The notes: generated from the letters alone by a model not told the origin. A stretch of 64,000 nucleotides of DNA from Mytilus californianus (GCF_021869535.1 NW_026262690.1:79236001-79300000), one strand, 5' to 3'. Positions 1-11,746 are shown, counted from the stretch's first letter. A program made the numbers and translations.

Positions 1-296
1 ATCAATATTGTTAAAAACGGGACTAAGAATATTTCGTAAAAGTCATAAGATAAATTCATTTTGTGGTGGACATATTACATTTCGAAGTGTGTACAGTGAT
101 TAGATTCAAGATTCAAGATTCAATATTTTATGAATCTTGATAAGATGAAAGAAATTATGTCCTTTTGTCAAAAAAAAATTTAAATGATCTTAAATATACA
201 CGGCTATCATATTATCCTTGATTATTTTCATTTTTCTTGAAACAAATTAATCGAGATTCTCAGTACAAAAAAATCGAAAATTTCAGGTTTACAAAC

Positions 297-598
297 CTGT
301 CCAGGTCATGTAATCCTCTACAGATCCAAAGAAATTTGTGTTTGGAGTTTGAAAGCTCATATCTGGAATGTATTGTCTTAAAGAAATGTCTTTTAGTGAG
401 CTGAGAGTGCGTACATCAACAGGAAGGTACAAATCTACTTCAATCTCTCCATTTGGTATATCGTATTTAATAACTTTGGATTTGAGTACATTTCAAAAAT
501 CTTCTTTAGTAGCATCTTTTTTTCAATTCATCATACATTTTGTCAACTAAAGCATTTACGTTTTCTTCGAATTCCCAGTTTTTGTATGCAGATGATCC
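297..598 (-). pseudogene. Decayed duplicate of LLTP exon 28
   Basis: Aligns to 16520-16847 including flanking intron; 18-nt and 9-nt deletions plus a +1 A give a frameshift and TAA (GSSAYKNWEFEENVNALVDKMYDELKKRCY*). Confidence 0.9.
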
Positions 599-724
599 CT
601 TTAAAAGAAAACGCAAATGTTGATTTACTTTAATAATATTATATATATATATAATTCAAAATTCAAGAGTCTATCCTAAATTGAGGTAAATTATATGGCC
701 TTCCAAATACCGTTTCGATTCCTA

Positions 725-768
725 ACATCACTGAAGAGACATTAATTGTCGAAATCCGGATATGGTGT
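725..768 (+). ncRNA. Minimal type I hammerhead ribozyme, copy 1 (predicted cleavage after A762)
   Basis: ACATCA-CTGAAGA-GACA(ttaat)TGTC-GAAA-TCCGG-ATA-TGGTGT: intact core, 4-bp helix II, 6-bp helix I, helix III capped by palindrome ATCCGGAT, AUA triplet. Confidence 0.85.
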
Positions 769-1035
769 ACAAAAACCTTTGCACCTTTTGTTTGCGGTAT
801 ATCATCTTTTCCGCCAGTTTATTGTTTTCTGTTTAGTATGCAATTTATAATTAAGATCCATTTATTACATCGGTGATCCGTTTATTTGGCAATCGCCAAT
901 GGCAGTCAGCAGGGTTTAAGAACATTTGTTGTTCGACCTGTTAGTCAAATGTGTTTTGTTAAAATATACTTTTTCACTTTTTTGGTCTTTTGGAAAATGT
1001 TGTTTGTGCTGTATTTAGACCCCTCTAACAAGAAA

Positions 1036-1611
1036 GGAGTAGGTCCGGTAAGGGCCGATTTTTGCTTCAAATTTCGGGTGCATCTGACGAAAGATTTTGG
1101 ACACTTTTTAAACACTTAAGTGTCTATTTTGGTTGATTCTATTAGTTTATGTGAAAGATTTTAACTGATTTACTCATTAAAAACGCTCCGATTCAAGCTT
1201 AAATATGAAAAATCTATCAAATATGCCAAAAATGTCACTTTTCAGATGGTTTTTGCCAAAAATGAAAATGGCCGCATCCGTGTTCATCCTCAACCTTTAT
1301 ATATATTATGTGTTATCATTAAATACAACTTACATTTCAATATCAAGAATGAACACAAATGCAGCCACTTTCATTTAAGACGGAAACCGTCTAAAATTTA
1401 ACTAAAATGCTAAAATTGTGAAGATTTCAGTAACTTAGCATGACTTAATGATGCTAGTTCCCGATATATGTGCACTGTATTGTCAAAAACAGCCCATATT
1501 TATGTAGCAGAAGCATGCTACTTTCCAATAAATAACTAAAAGTTTACATTTTAACAATTTTGTAAAACTGCTTTATTTTGGGGCCAAAAGGGGTCTTACT
1601 GGACTTACTCC
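1036..1611. mobile_element. Spy-like MITE copy 1 (576 bp, no TSD, AAA|TTT target)
   Basis: TIR GGAGTAGGTCCGGTAAG / CTTACTGGACTTACTCC; removing it restores aacaagAAATTTgttttg exactly as at the empty paralogous site 2150-2155. Confidence 0.85.
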
Positions 1612-1840
1612 TTTGTTTTGCATGCACACGTATAAAAATTGCGGTTTTTATCCAACGCAATCATAGGTTTGAACGTTGTTTTCAATTTAGACTTGTTTAT
1701 ATTTTTTCGTTTGGGCTTGTATTATATTTGCCTTCTGGTTTATATGATCCGTTCATCCTATTTCGACTCTTTCAAAATTCAAGAGTCTATCCTAAATTGA
1801 GGTAAATTATATGGCCTTCCAAATACCGTTTCGATTCCTA

Positions 1841-1884
1841 ACATCACTGAAGAGACATTAATTGTCGAAATCCGGATATGGTGT
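1841..1884 (+). ncRNA. Minimal type I hammerhead ribozyme, copy 2 (predicted cleavage after A1878)
   Basis: Identical sequence to 725-768. Confidence 0.85.
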
Positions 1885-2459
1885 ACAAAAACCTTTGCAC
1901 CTTTTGTTTGCGGTATATCATCTTTTCCGCCAGTTTATTGTTTTCTGTTTAGTATGCAATTTATAATTAAGATCCATTTATTACATCGGTGATCCGTTTA
2001 TTTGGCAATCGCCAATGGCAGTCAGCAGGGTTTAAGAACATTTGTTGTTCGACCTGTTAGTCTAATGCGTTTTGTTAAAATATACTTTTTCACTTTTTTT
2101 GGTCTTCTGGAAAATGTTGTTTGTGCTGTATTTAGACCCCTCTAACAAGAAATTTGTTTTGCATGCACACGTATAAAAATTGCGGTTTTTATCCAACGCA
2201 ATCATAGGTTTGAACGTTGTTTTCAATTTAGACTTGTTTATATATATATATATCTATCTATATATATATATATATATAGTTAAACAATACTGATATCTAA
2301 TGGGCATATATATTGTATGGTTGTCACTTGTTTAGAATTGTTTGTATGATATACTTATCTCTAGTGACTGTATAATGAATTGAATCATTATCCCATGGTT
2401 AATAAAAGTTTTTGAGGTAGATTGCTGACAAATGAAATAAAAATACATTGTGTATAACA

Positions 2460-4250
2460 AAACTAGAGGCTCTAAAGAGCCTGTTTCGCTCACCCTGGTC
2501 TATATGCATATTCAACAAAGGACACTCTCCAACATTGTAGACGAGAATAGAATTAATGATAAAAAAATTTTTTTTTTTTATCTTATATTGCTGATCATTA
2601 AAGTCTGTTTAGTTTCTCACTATCTTATTTAGATTTGGTCCAAACACAAAAGAGGGTAAAGAAAAATCCTAATTTAAGGGCAACAATTCCTATAAAGAGT
2701 AACAGTATATACTAATTATATCGGCAAAATTTGACTTGTTAGTAGGTCTTGTCTTGCTTATCATTTTTGATTATTTAAGTTTCTATCTATCTATTATAAT
2801 TTTTATCATATAAGGCAAAACGCAAAAAATATTGTAAAAATCGTCATTAAAGGGCAAGAACTCCAATAAGGAGTCGGACAATTTCCGCCATTTGTCTTAA
2901 TTGTAGATCTTGTCTTGCTGCTCATTTTTGTTCATTTAAGTTTCTTTCTATCTATTATAAGTTTTAAGATATAAGACAAAAACGCAAAAAAAAATTGTAC
3001 GAATCGTCATCAAAGGGCAATAAGGAGTCAACTGACGATTTCAACCATAAGACTTATTTGTAGAACTTGTCCTTCTGATAATTTTTGCATTTTAAAGTTT
3101 CTCCCTATCTATTATAGTTTTCACGATAATAGGCAAAAATGAAAAAAAGTGGTAAAATTTGTCCTTTAAGGGCAATTACTCCTACAGGAAATCGTCTGAC
3201 AGTTTTGACTTATATGGAAAATTGGTAGAGCTCAATATTCTGATCAATTTTACCCTTTTCAGATTTCCTCTATTTTTAACGGTTATCAGAATAATAGACA
3301 TAACTTGTATTTTACCCCATATATTCTATTTATAGCCACGTCGTCCATCTTTGTTGGCAGGCGGGGTCATCGGACACATTTTTTAAAACTAAATACCCTA
3401 ATGATGACTGTGGCCAAGTTTGATTCTATTTGGCCCAGTGGTTTCAGAGGAGATTTTTGTAAAAGATTGCAAAAATTTACGAAAAATTGTTAAAAGTTGA
3501 CTATAAAAGGCAATAACTCCTTAAGGGGTCAATTGACAATTTAGGTCATGTTAATTTATTTGTAGATCTTACTTTGCTGAACATTATTGCTGTTTACAGT
3601 TTATCTATCTCTATAAAAATATTCAAGATAATAACCAAAAACTGCAAAATTTCCTTAAAATTACCAATTCAGGGGCAGCAACCCAACAACGGGTTGTCTG
3701 ATTCTTCTGAAAATTTCAGGGTAAATAGAACCTAACCTAATGAATATTTTAAGATTTGCTCTAAATGCTTTAGTTTCAGAGATATAAGCCAAAAACTGCA
3801 TTTATGTTCTATTTTTAGCCATGTCGGCCATGTTGGCTGGTAAGCGGGGTCATCGGACACATTTTTTAAACTAAATACCCTAATGATGATTGTGGCTAAG
3901 TTTGGTTAAATTTGTCTCAGTAGTTTCAGAGTATCAGATTTTTGTAAAAGATTACAAAAATTTACGAAAAATTGTTAAGAATTGACTATAAAGGGCAATA
4001 ACTCCTTAAGGGGGTCAATTGACCATTTTTGTCATGTTTGACTTACTTGTAGATCTTACTTTGCTGTACATTATTGCTGTTTACAGTTTATCTCTATCTA
4101 TAATAATATTGAAGACAATAACCAAAAACTGCAAAATGTCCTTTAAATTACCAATTTAGGGCAGCAACCCAACAACAGGTCTGATTTGTCTGAAAATTAC
4201 AGGGCAGATAGATCTTGACCCGATGAACAATTTTACCCTGTCAGAAATGG
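2460..4250 (-). mobile_element. Non-autonomous Helitron/Helentron-type element with internal tandem arrays
   Basis: Minus-strand 3' end is hairpin AGGCTCT-TTA-GAGCCT followed by CTAGTT; ~150-160-bp subrepeats at 2670-3260 and two ~480-bp units at about 3310-3740 and 3810-4235. Inner boundary approximate. Confidence 0.55.
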
Positions 4251-4881
4251 AAAGATAATGTGAGTAAAAATTCAAGTCTACATTTGTCTTCTTATGAACA
4301 GACCAAACCAGCTCGACCAGTGAAGTGTGAATTTTCTTCAAATAATTTTCAGATAGAATCATCAATCCCCATCCTTTCATTAGATACAATCACTTGTTTA
4401 AAACATAACTGTTTTCAATGTGTGTTATACCACAAAGAAATACAAATTAATTTGGTTAAGAATATGAAAAATACTTAAATTTGAAGATCTTTTAAATTAA
4501 TGTAATTATATTAATATTTGGAATATAATATAAACAATACTTTACACAAAGAATATTTCATCTAATGTACATTTATATGAAAGATGAAGCAAAAATCCCA
4601 AAGTTCAATTATTGCCTGAAATGATGTTTGACAATAAGTTTAATAATCATCATATTTCAGGACCTTAAAATATCAGTCAATAACTTAATGCCTAGGCGTT
4701 AGCTTATTGGCTAGGATTTAAGCTTAATGCCTAATTTTACTTATTGCCGCTAACATATATATATAATCTATATAGTTAATGTTACTTTCATATATATTAT
4801 TTTTATATTTCATATCTTAATACAGTTTCTCAATTAGCTAGAGCAATTAATTTATAGATAATGCACATTTAAAAGTTTTTC

Positions 4882-4973
4882 TTGTCGTATAACACACCGA
4901 TGGTTGTCAGGATTGATCAAATGAAAGACCGACCATAGGCAATCCTGATCCCATGAGGTGTGTTATACGACAA
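4882..4973. repeat. Short hairpin / mini-MITE
   Basis: 17-bp perfect IR TTGTCGTATAACACACC / GGTGTGTTATACGACAA plus inner TCAGGATTG / CAATCCTGA. Confidence 0.7.
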
Positions 4974-5615
4974 TAACACCCTTAAAATATGAATTATGTG
5001 ACTTATATACCGTCAAAAATATTATTTTATGCAAAGATTCCTATTTTACCATATTGAAGTGCTATATTCTTTTCTTTTGTGTTAAGGCAAAAGCACGCCC
5101 TACGGCTTATTTTAAATGTGAAATTAAACAAACTAATTAATCGAAATATAAACGTTAGAAATCACTGTTAAGTTACGATATAAATGTCACAGTTGTTGCA
5201 TGAAGAAAGAAGGAAATGAATTGTTAAGATGTACGAAAAATACAAGTCACTTTGTAAGTAATTTATCATATAAGCTTTATAATGATTTAAGCTTTATAAA
5301 GCAGGTGCTATATTTTTTTCTTGTGTTTCACGACATTTTTATCAAGGAATAATAGCTTTCTCTCTTATGTCTGGCAATACAATTTTTGTCTTCAAAAATT
5401 GAGAATTGGGGTCATATTTCACAAGCCCTCCTTTAAAGAACGTTTCATCCCAGCAGGCACAGCAACGTTGATTCAACATTGAATAAACGTCAGATTTCAA
5501 CGTTGAATCAATGTTGAAAAGTAGTGTTGGATTGAAAATTGATATGACGTTGAAAACGTAACGTTGATTCAACGTCAGCTTCCAACGTTGAAAATAGGTT
5601 GAATTTTGGTCTAAA

Positions 5616-6193
5616 GGAGTAGGTCCGGTAAGGGCCGATTTTGGCCTCAAATTTCAGGTTCATCTGACGAAAGATTTTGGACACTTTTTAAACACTTAAC
5701 TGTCGATTTCAGTCGATTCAATTAGTTTATGTGAAAAATTTTAACTGATTTGGTCATTAAAAACGCTCCGATTTAAGCTTAGATATGAAAGATCTATCAA
5801 ATATGACGAAAAATGGCACTTTTCAGATGGTTTTTGTCAAAAATGAAAGTGGCCGCATCCGTGTTCATCCTCAACCTTTATATATGTTATGTATTATCAT
5901 CAAATACAACTTACATTTCAATATTAAGAATCAACACAAATGCGGCCACTTTCATTTAAGACGGAAACCGTCTAAAATTTAACTAAAATGCTAAATTTGT
6001 GAAGATTTCAGTAATTTAGCATGACTTGATGATTCTAGTACCCAATATATGTGCATTGAATTGTCAAAAACAGCCCATATTTATGTAGCAGAAGCATTAT
6101 ACTTTCCATTAAATAACTAAAAGTTTACATTTTAACAATTTTGTAAAACTGCTATATTTTGGGGCCAAAAAGGGGTCTTACTGGACCTACTCC
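5616..6193. mobile_element. Spy-like MITE copy 2 (578 bp)
   Basis: Same family as 1036-1611; flanks again AAA (5613-5615) and TTT (6194-6196). Confidence 0.85.
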
Positions 6194-7696
6194 TTTGGTC
6201 GGTGTATGTTGAAAACAAGTCGATTGCTGGTTGAATTTTGGTCAATGAAAGTTGAAAACAAGTCGAATGTTGGTTGTACTGTGGTCAGTGTATGTTGAAA
6301 TCAGGTCGAATGTTGGTTGAACTGTGGTCAGCGTGTGTTGAAAATAGGTGGGATTTGGGCCAAGGTAGACTGTTTTAGGGTTGATGTAAGTTGAAACTCG
6401 AAATGTGGTAAATGTTGAGAAGAGGATGTTGAACATTGGTTATATTGAGGTTTGTTAACAGCTGAAATCATTACCCCTTATTATATCCAACAATGCCATT
6501 TCATGTGTAATAAAACTTTCGCAACACTATATGTACTAAGTGGGCGTAGTCATGTGTGGGTGGTTGATGTACATGTAGTCTGTTGCATAGTTCATTATTT
6601 ATGTAATTGAGATTTCTGCCTGTTCGAATATTTCCCTTTTTATATTTTTCTACAATTTATGATTAAATGGGAAATAAGTCATTCCCTTTGTTTCGGTAAT
6701 ACTGAAAAGGAGACCACTCACTTCTGATTCTGGTATTTATAATACAAGACTTGACAAGAAGAACATGCAGGCACAACTTGTTAACCTTACCAGGCATAGA
6801 TAATTTGAAACTTTATTGTTGTGTCATACACAAAATATGTTTGTGACATAAAACAGTAATTATATAACAAGTTGCTCACATATGCATCTTACAATTTCAA
6901 ACAAACACAAACTGAATACTTAATTTTATTTAAAACAATTAGTCCTTCTGCTAGACACATTCCCAGATATTTCAGGGGCATATTTTAGGCATCTTGCACA
7001 GTAGTTCCATATTGTGGTCTCTGTTGCACATTCTTAACTACAACATCTGCAACAGAAAAAAACATATTGTACTATCTTTATCATAATTTGGTTAATATTA
7101 TTATGCAGCTCAAATAAAGAACACTACTGTCATATGTGAACAAATAATCTCTGCAATGCTATTGTTATTTCTTTAAAAAATTATCGAGAGCGACCATGTG
7201 TTTTTTTTTAAACTTGAGTTCAGATAGTAAAAAATAAATATTTTTAATAAAAAAAAAACTATACTAGATTTTAGTAGATAAAGATGCTAAAGCACATTTA
7301 AAAGAAATTGTGACAAAATCTCACACACTTTTAATGTGGAAAAACAATGGTATCTATTTCAATACTCACCCCTTATTATTTCAAACAAGCTTGAACCACC
7401 AAAGACATGTTTATTCTTTTTACCCAATATGTATTTTTCAGACATGGGTTTATTGGTAAGACGTCATCTTAAAAAAAAAACACTTTTAAGTGCAGCATTT
7501 CCAAATTGTCAACTCCTGCTCTAGTCTTGCTTCAGTGATTCCTTATATAATCAACCATTTTTTTTACCTCAAAAGGGGTACCGGCACCGTACCTAACTCG
7601 GCCTCTGGGAATCAAGGGCTTTATAATTAATTCTAATCCTAAATCATAGTTTGGAGACCTCACAATAAGCTAATGGGTTTTCATTCTTTTTTATTT

Positions 7697-8462
7697 TGAC
7701 AGTCACTCATCTTGAGATACAATAAGGCTCCTCAAGCACCGAGATCTTGACACTCACTCATCTTGAGAAACAATAATGCACTACAAGCACCATGATCTTG
7801 ACAGTCACTCATCTTGAGAAACAATAATGCATCACAAGCACCAAGATCTTGACAGTCACTCATCTTGAGAAACAATAATGCACCACAAACACCGAGATTT
7901 TGACAGTCACTCATCTTGAGATACAAAAATGCCCCACAAGCACCGAGATCTTGACAGTCACTCATCTTGAGATACAATGAAGCCCCTCAAGCACCGAGAT
8001 CTTGACACTCACTCATCTTGAGATACAATGAAGCCCCTCAAGCACCGAGATCTTGACAGTCACTCATCTTGAGATACAATAAGGCCCCTTAAGCACCGAG
8101 ATCTTGACACTCACTCATCTTGAGAAACAATAATGCACCATAAGCACCAAGATCTAGACAGTCACTCATATTGAAAAACAATAATGCACCACAAGCACCG
8201 AGATCTTGACAGTCACTCATCTTGAGATAAAATAATGCCCCCCAAGCACCGATATCTTGACAGTCACTCATCTTGAGAAACAATAATGCACCACAAGCAC
8301 CAAGATCTTGACAGTCACTCATCTTGAGAAACAATTATGCACCACAAGCACCGAAATCTTGACAGTCACTCATCATAAGTTACAATAATGCACCGCAAGC
8401 AGCGAGATCTTGACACTCACACCTCTTAAGATACAATAATGCCCAACAAGCACCGAGATCTT
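7697..8462. repeat. 51-bp minisatellite, ~15 copies
   Basis: Unit approximately TGACAGTCACTCATCTTGAGAAACAATAATGCACCACAAGCACCGAGATCT; explains track ORFs 7732-7977 and 8089-8334. Confidence 0.95.
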
Positions 8463-10675
8463 TACAGCAACTCCAATTGTTATTATAAAACACCAATAAA
8501 ACAACGCATCCTATATTGCGTGATATAATCCCTATACTTTTTGAGTGTTTCGGCAGATAAAGCTTTTGATGGCCATCTTAAGATGCTTTTACTTTAATAT
8601 AATTCAAAATAAATATTATTCACGTATAATTAATTATATTGATACATGTCATTTTATAAGTAAATTCTTCATCAATAGATACATTCGGCATGGTTGCTTA
8701 ACATGAAGTAGTTCAACTTTGAAACTTTGTTAACATTCCTCTTCAAACTGCAATAAATTCCAGTGTTTCGTGATACGTCTTATTTAATTTTACGTATTCA
8801 TTCATATGGGTTATGTTTAGATATTAAAACTAAAGGAATATTTACAATTTCCTTGAATTTTTTGTGCTGTAATAATTCAATGCGGTCAATTGATCAGGCA
8901 TTTATTTCGACGTTCTCATATACCAGAGACATATATACCTACATATACCCACTTTGAAATTGGCCAGATTGTGTATTAATTTGTTACGGTCACACATGTT
9001 TCTTATCTGCCGTATTGCTTCACTTATACCATGATTAATAAATCCTCGGAATACATGCTGTGAGTGAAATCTATTCTGATCTAGAGAAAAGAATGTGTTT
9101 GTTTTAAATGTGTTTCAAGGTCAAGAATGCCATGTGTTGTAAATCTTTGACTTTTGATTACATCAACATATAAAAGAGCGAGTTTGAGATCACATAGGTG
9201 AATTTCAATATTAATTGGTTATAATTATTTGCCAGATAAATAAATTCTGCAATTTCATCCGATTTTCCATGATATTTAAAAAGTCCACCCTCCCTGTATC
9301 TGCAATGTGCAATGATAGAATACTTTGCCAAACGCTTTTGTTTTTTACCAAATAATTGTTCATATATAACCACCCCCCTTTTTTTCAAGTTTATACATTA
9401 TAAGTTGCCTCACCCAATTAATTGTACAAATATATCTTAAGATTAAGGTGTTCCCCGAGGCTTCAAAAAATTGTATCTTATCTGCTGGATTATGACAACT
9501 ACGTGTATAATTATAAACTATATCCGATAGATCTGCTTAAATCACTATACTCATACTTGCGGGGACAGCGAATAATTACAGCTACAATACTGTTTACATT
9601 AAATTATCATATAACTATTAAAAAAGCAAATTATAAATGAAAATTATACTTACTTTGCACTGCTTAGAGCAACTGTTAACTTGTCGTGGTAATCAAATTG
9701 GCGCAAATAAATTCGAAATGTCGGCCTCATACGCATGCGCCAATCGGAAAAAGAAATCCGTTTCGCGTTATTAAAATATTGAATCGCAATTTGAAGATTA
9801 ATTTATATATGCAACAGTAATCATTGAATTGATTCAAAAACATCAGTAAACCAATATAAATAAAAAGTGATTATTTAAGCAAAAAGGACTATATAAAGTT
9901 GGTTCAATCTCATCTTAAATGAAATTTCGGTCGACATTAAAGTCATCAACCTTAAATAAATCTTTTTTCAACGTTATATTTTCAACTAATTAAGCATTTA
10001 AAGCATCAACTTAAACTCAATGTTGATTCAACGTTGACAGTTCAACGTTGATATTTTTTAACCACAAATCAACGTTGATTCGACAACGTGATTTAAACGT
10101 TGATAGGATTGACGTTGATACAACGTTGATTTTACGTTGATCAACGCTACAACCAAATTTCAACATATTTTCAACGTTGGTTCAACGTTGTGTGCCTGCT
10201 GGGATTCCCCCTTATATTATTATTTTGCCATTTGATAAGGTAAACGGTATTTTTTTCAGCCTAATAAACGGAGGAAAAGATTGTTTCTGTCTACAATTTA
10301 AAAAAAATGTTCAAGATAGAAAATTGTGCAATAAAACCCAATTGGCAACAACACACGTACATTATATTCGAATTAAATTCGAATAGAATGCGAATCGAAT
10401 TCGCTAATCACGTTCACACATTCTTCTTTTCTATCTTTTTTAATTCGAATCGAATTCGAATTGCATTATCCAATTCGCATTATTCAATTCCCATTAGAAA
10501 TTCCTTTTCGTTGGTGCGAATAGTTAATTCGATTTAATTCGATTAAACTGTAGTATGGACACTTTACTAATTGTAATTCGAATTAATTTATAATTAATTA
10601 ACTGATAATGCGAATTAAAAGTTGACGACGTTCGGACAGTAAAGCGAGTTAATCGAATTACGTGTGAACGCAGCA

Positions 10676-11446
10676 TGAGTATGTAGGTAAAAGTAAGCTT
10701 GCTTTCTAGCTGAACCATGAAATCGTTATTAGTTTCGGTACCACCTCCCTTTGGGCGGACGATATATTTAAGTAGAGAACCAATCAAGAGTAAGGACAGT
10801 GTATAAACAGTGTGAAACCAGTTTACAAATATGTTTTCAATCTAAATTTAAAATCTATTGTCCATTATAAGCTAATTCACAATCTTGTTGTAGGTGTGTT
10901 TGATTTGTCAATTTCATTTTAATCAAAAACAATACAATACCATTTTTATAAAAGCATGGTGAGAGGAACATCTCAAAGATAAATGACCCAAGTCATTGTT
11001 AACCAAGTTTATTGTTTCACCTGCTGTAGCAATTCCCATGTAAAAAAACACATCATAATCAAAGATATGTTTCACCTTCTGTAGCAATTCCCATGTAAAA
11101 CACACATCATAATCAAAGATAATGATATCCTTACATATAGAATAAGATTTGAAAGGTTTTTTTTAATCGACTAAATCATAATGTTATATAGAATTACACA
11201 TGTAAACAATCTAGGTAATTGATTTAAATGAAATTGACAAATTAAACAAACTTACAACCTGAAAATATGTTTTTGAACTAATTTGTAAAACTGGTTTCAC
11301 AAGATTTATATATTGTTAATACTTTTGATTGGTTCCCTGCTAAACCATTGACTCCAACAAAATGGTCATACCATAGTTAATAATGATTTCATAGTTCAGC
11401 TAGCAAGCAAGCTAACCAAAGATAGTACCGTTTACCTACACACTCA
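10676..11446. mobile_element. Foldback/MITE with long imperfect terminal inverted repeats
   Basis: Left GAGTATGTAGGTAAA..CTAGCTGAACCATGAAATC..GAACCAATCAAGAGTA..TGTGAAACCAGTTTACAAAT is mirrored at 11270-11446; no TSD recognised. Confidence 0.6.
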
Positions 11447-11746
11447 AGTCAATATGCTCTAAATGTTTAACACTGTAGTTTGCATTTTAATCAGGGTAAA
11501 TCATGACCTGACGCAGTTATTATTTTATGCCTTGATATCGTCCAGGTTGTTTCTTCAAAAGAATGACCGGTCGTTCTGAAAGGAAACAAATCCATATAGG
11601 TATATAATAACATTTATACTATTATATATATATATAACATTTTCCCATATAATTTCATATCGGTCGTATCCTAAATATGTTTGTAACTTTCGTAACATAT
11701 TTTAAAAATCAGCCACACAAATTGATGAACACAAACTTCTACCTAC

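Larger units (their letters stand above)
655..2243 (+). mobile_element. Retrozyme-like tandem element (~1.9 x 540-nt units) with two hammerhead ribozymes, inserted in (TA)n
   Basis: Near-identical direct repeats starting at 655 and 1771 (period 1116, or 540 without the MITE); each unit has one HHR; (TA)n on both flanks; no ORF. Confidence 0.8.
5449..10203. mobile_element. CMC/EnSpm (CACTA-like) non-autonomous DNA transposon, 4,755 bp
   Basis: TIRs CCCAGCAGGCACA(G)CAACGTTGA at both ends (fit CMCWR), 2-bp TSD AT (5447-5448, 10204-10205), subterminal arrays of CAACGTTG/GTTGAAA; no transposase ORF seen. Confidence 0.75.

Noticed and set aside
7697-8462. Selenoprotein reading of the 51-bp array (TGA at a Cys position)
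   Set aside because: The same position also shows TAA, TGG and TAT; no SECIS or exon boundaries were seen; this is ordinary minisatellite drift.
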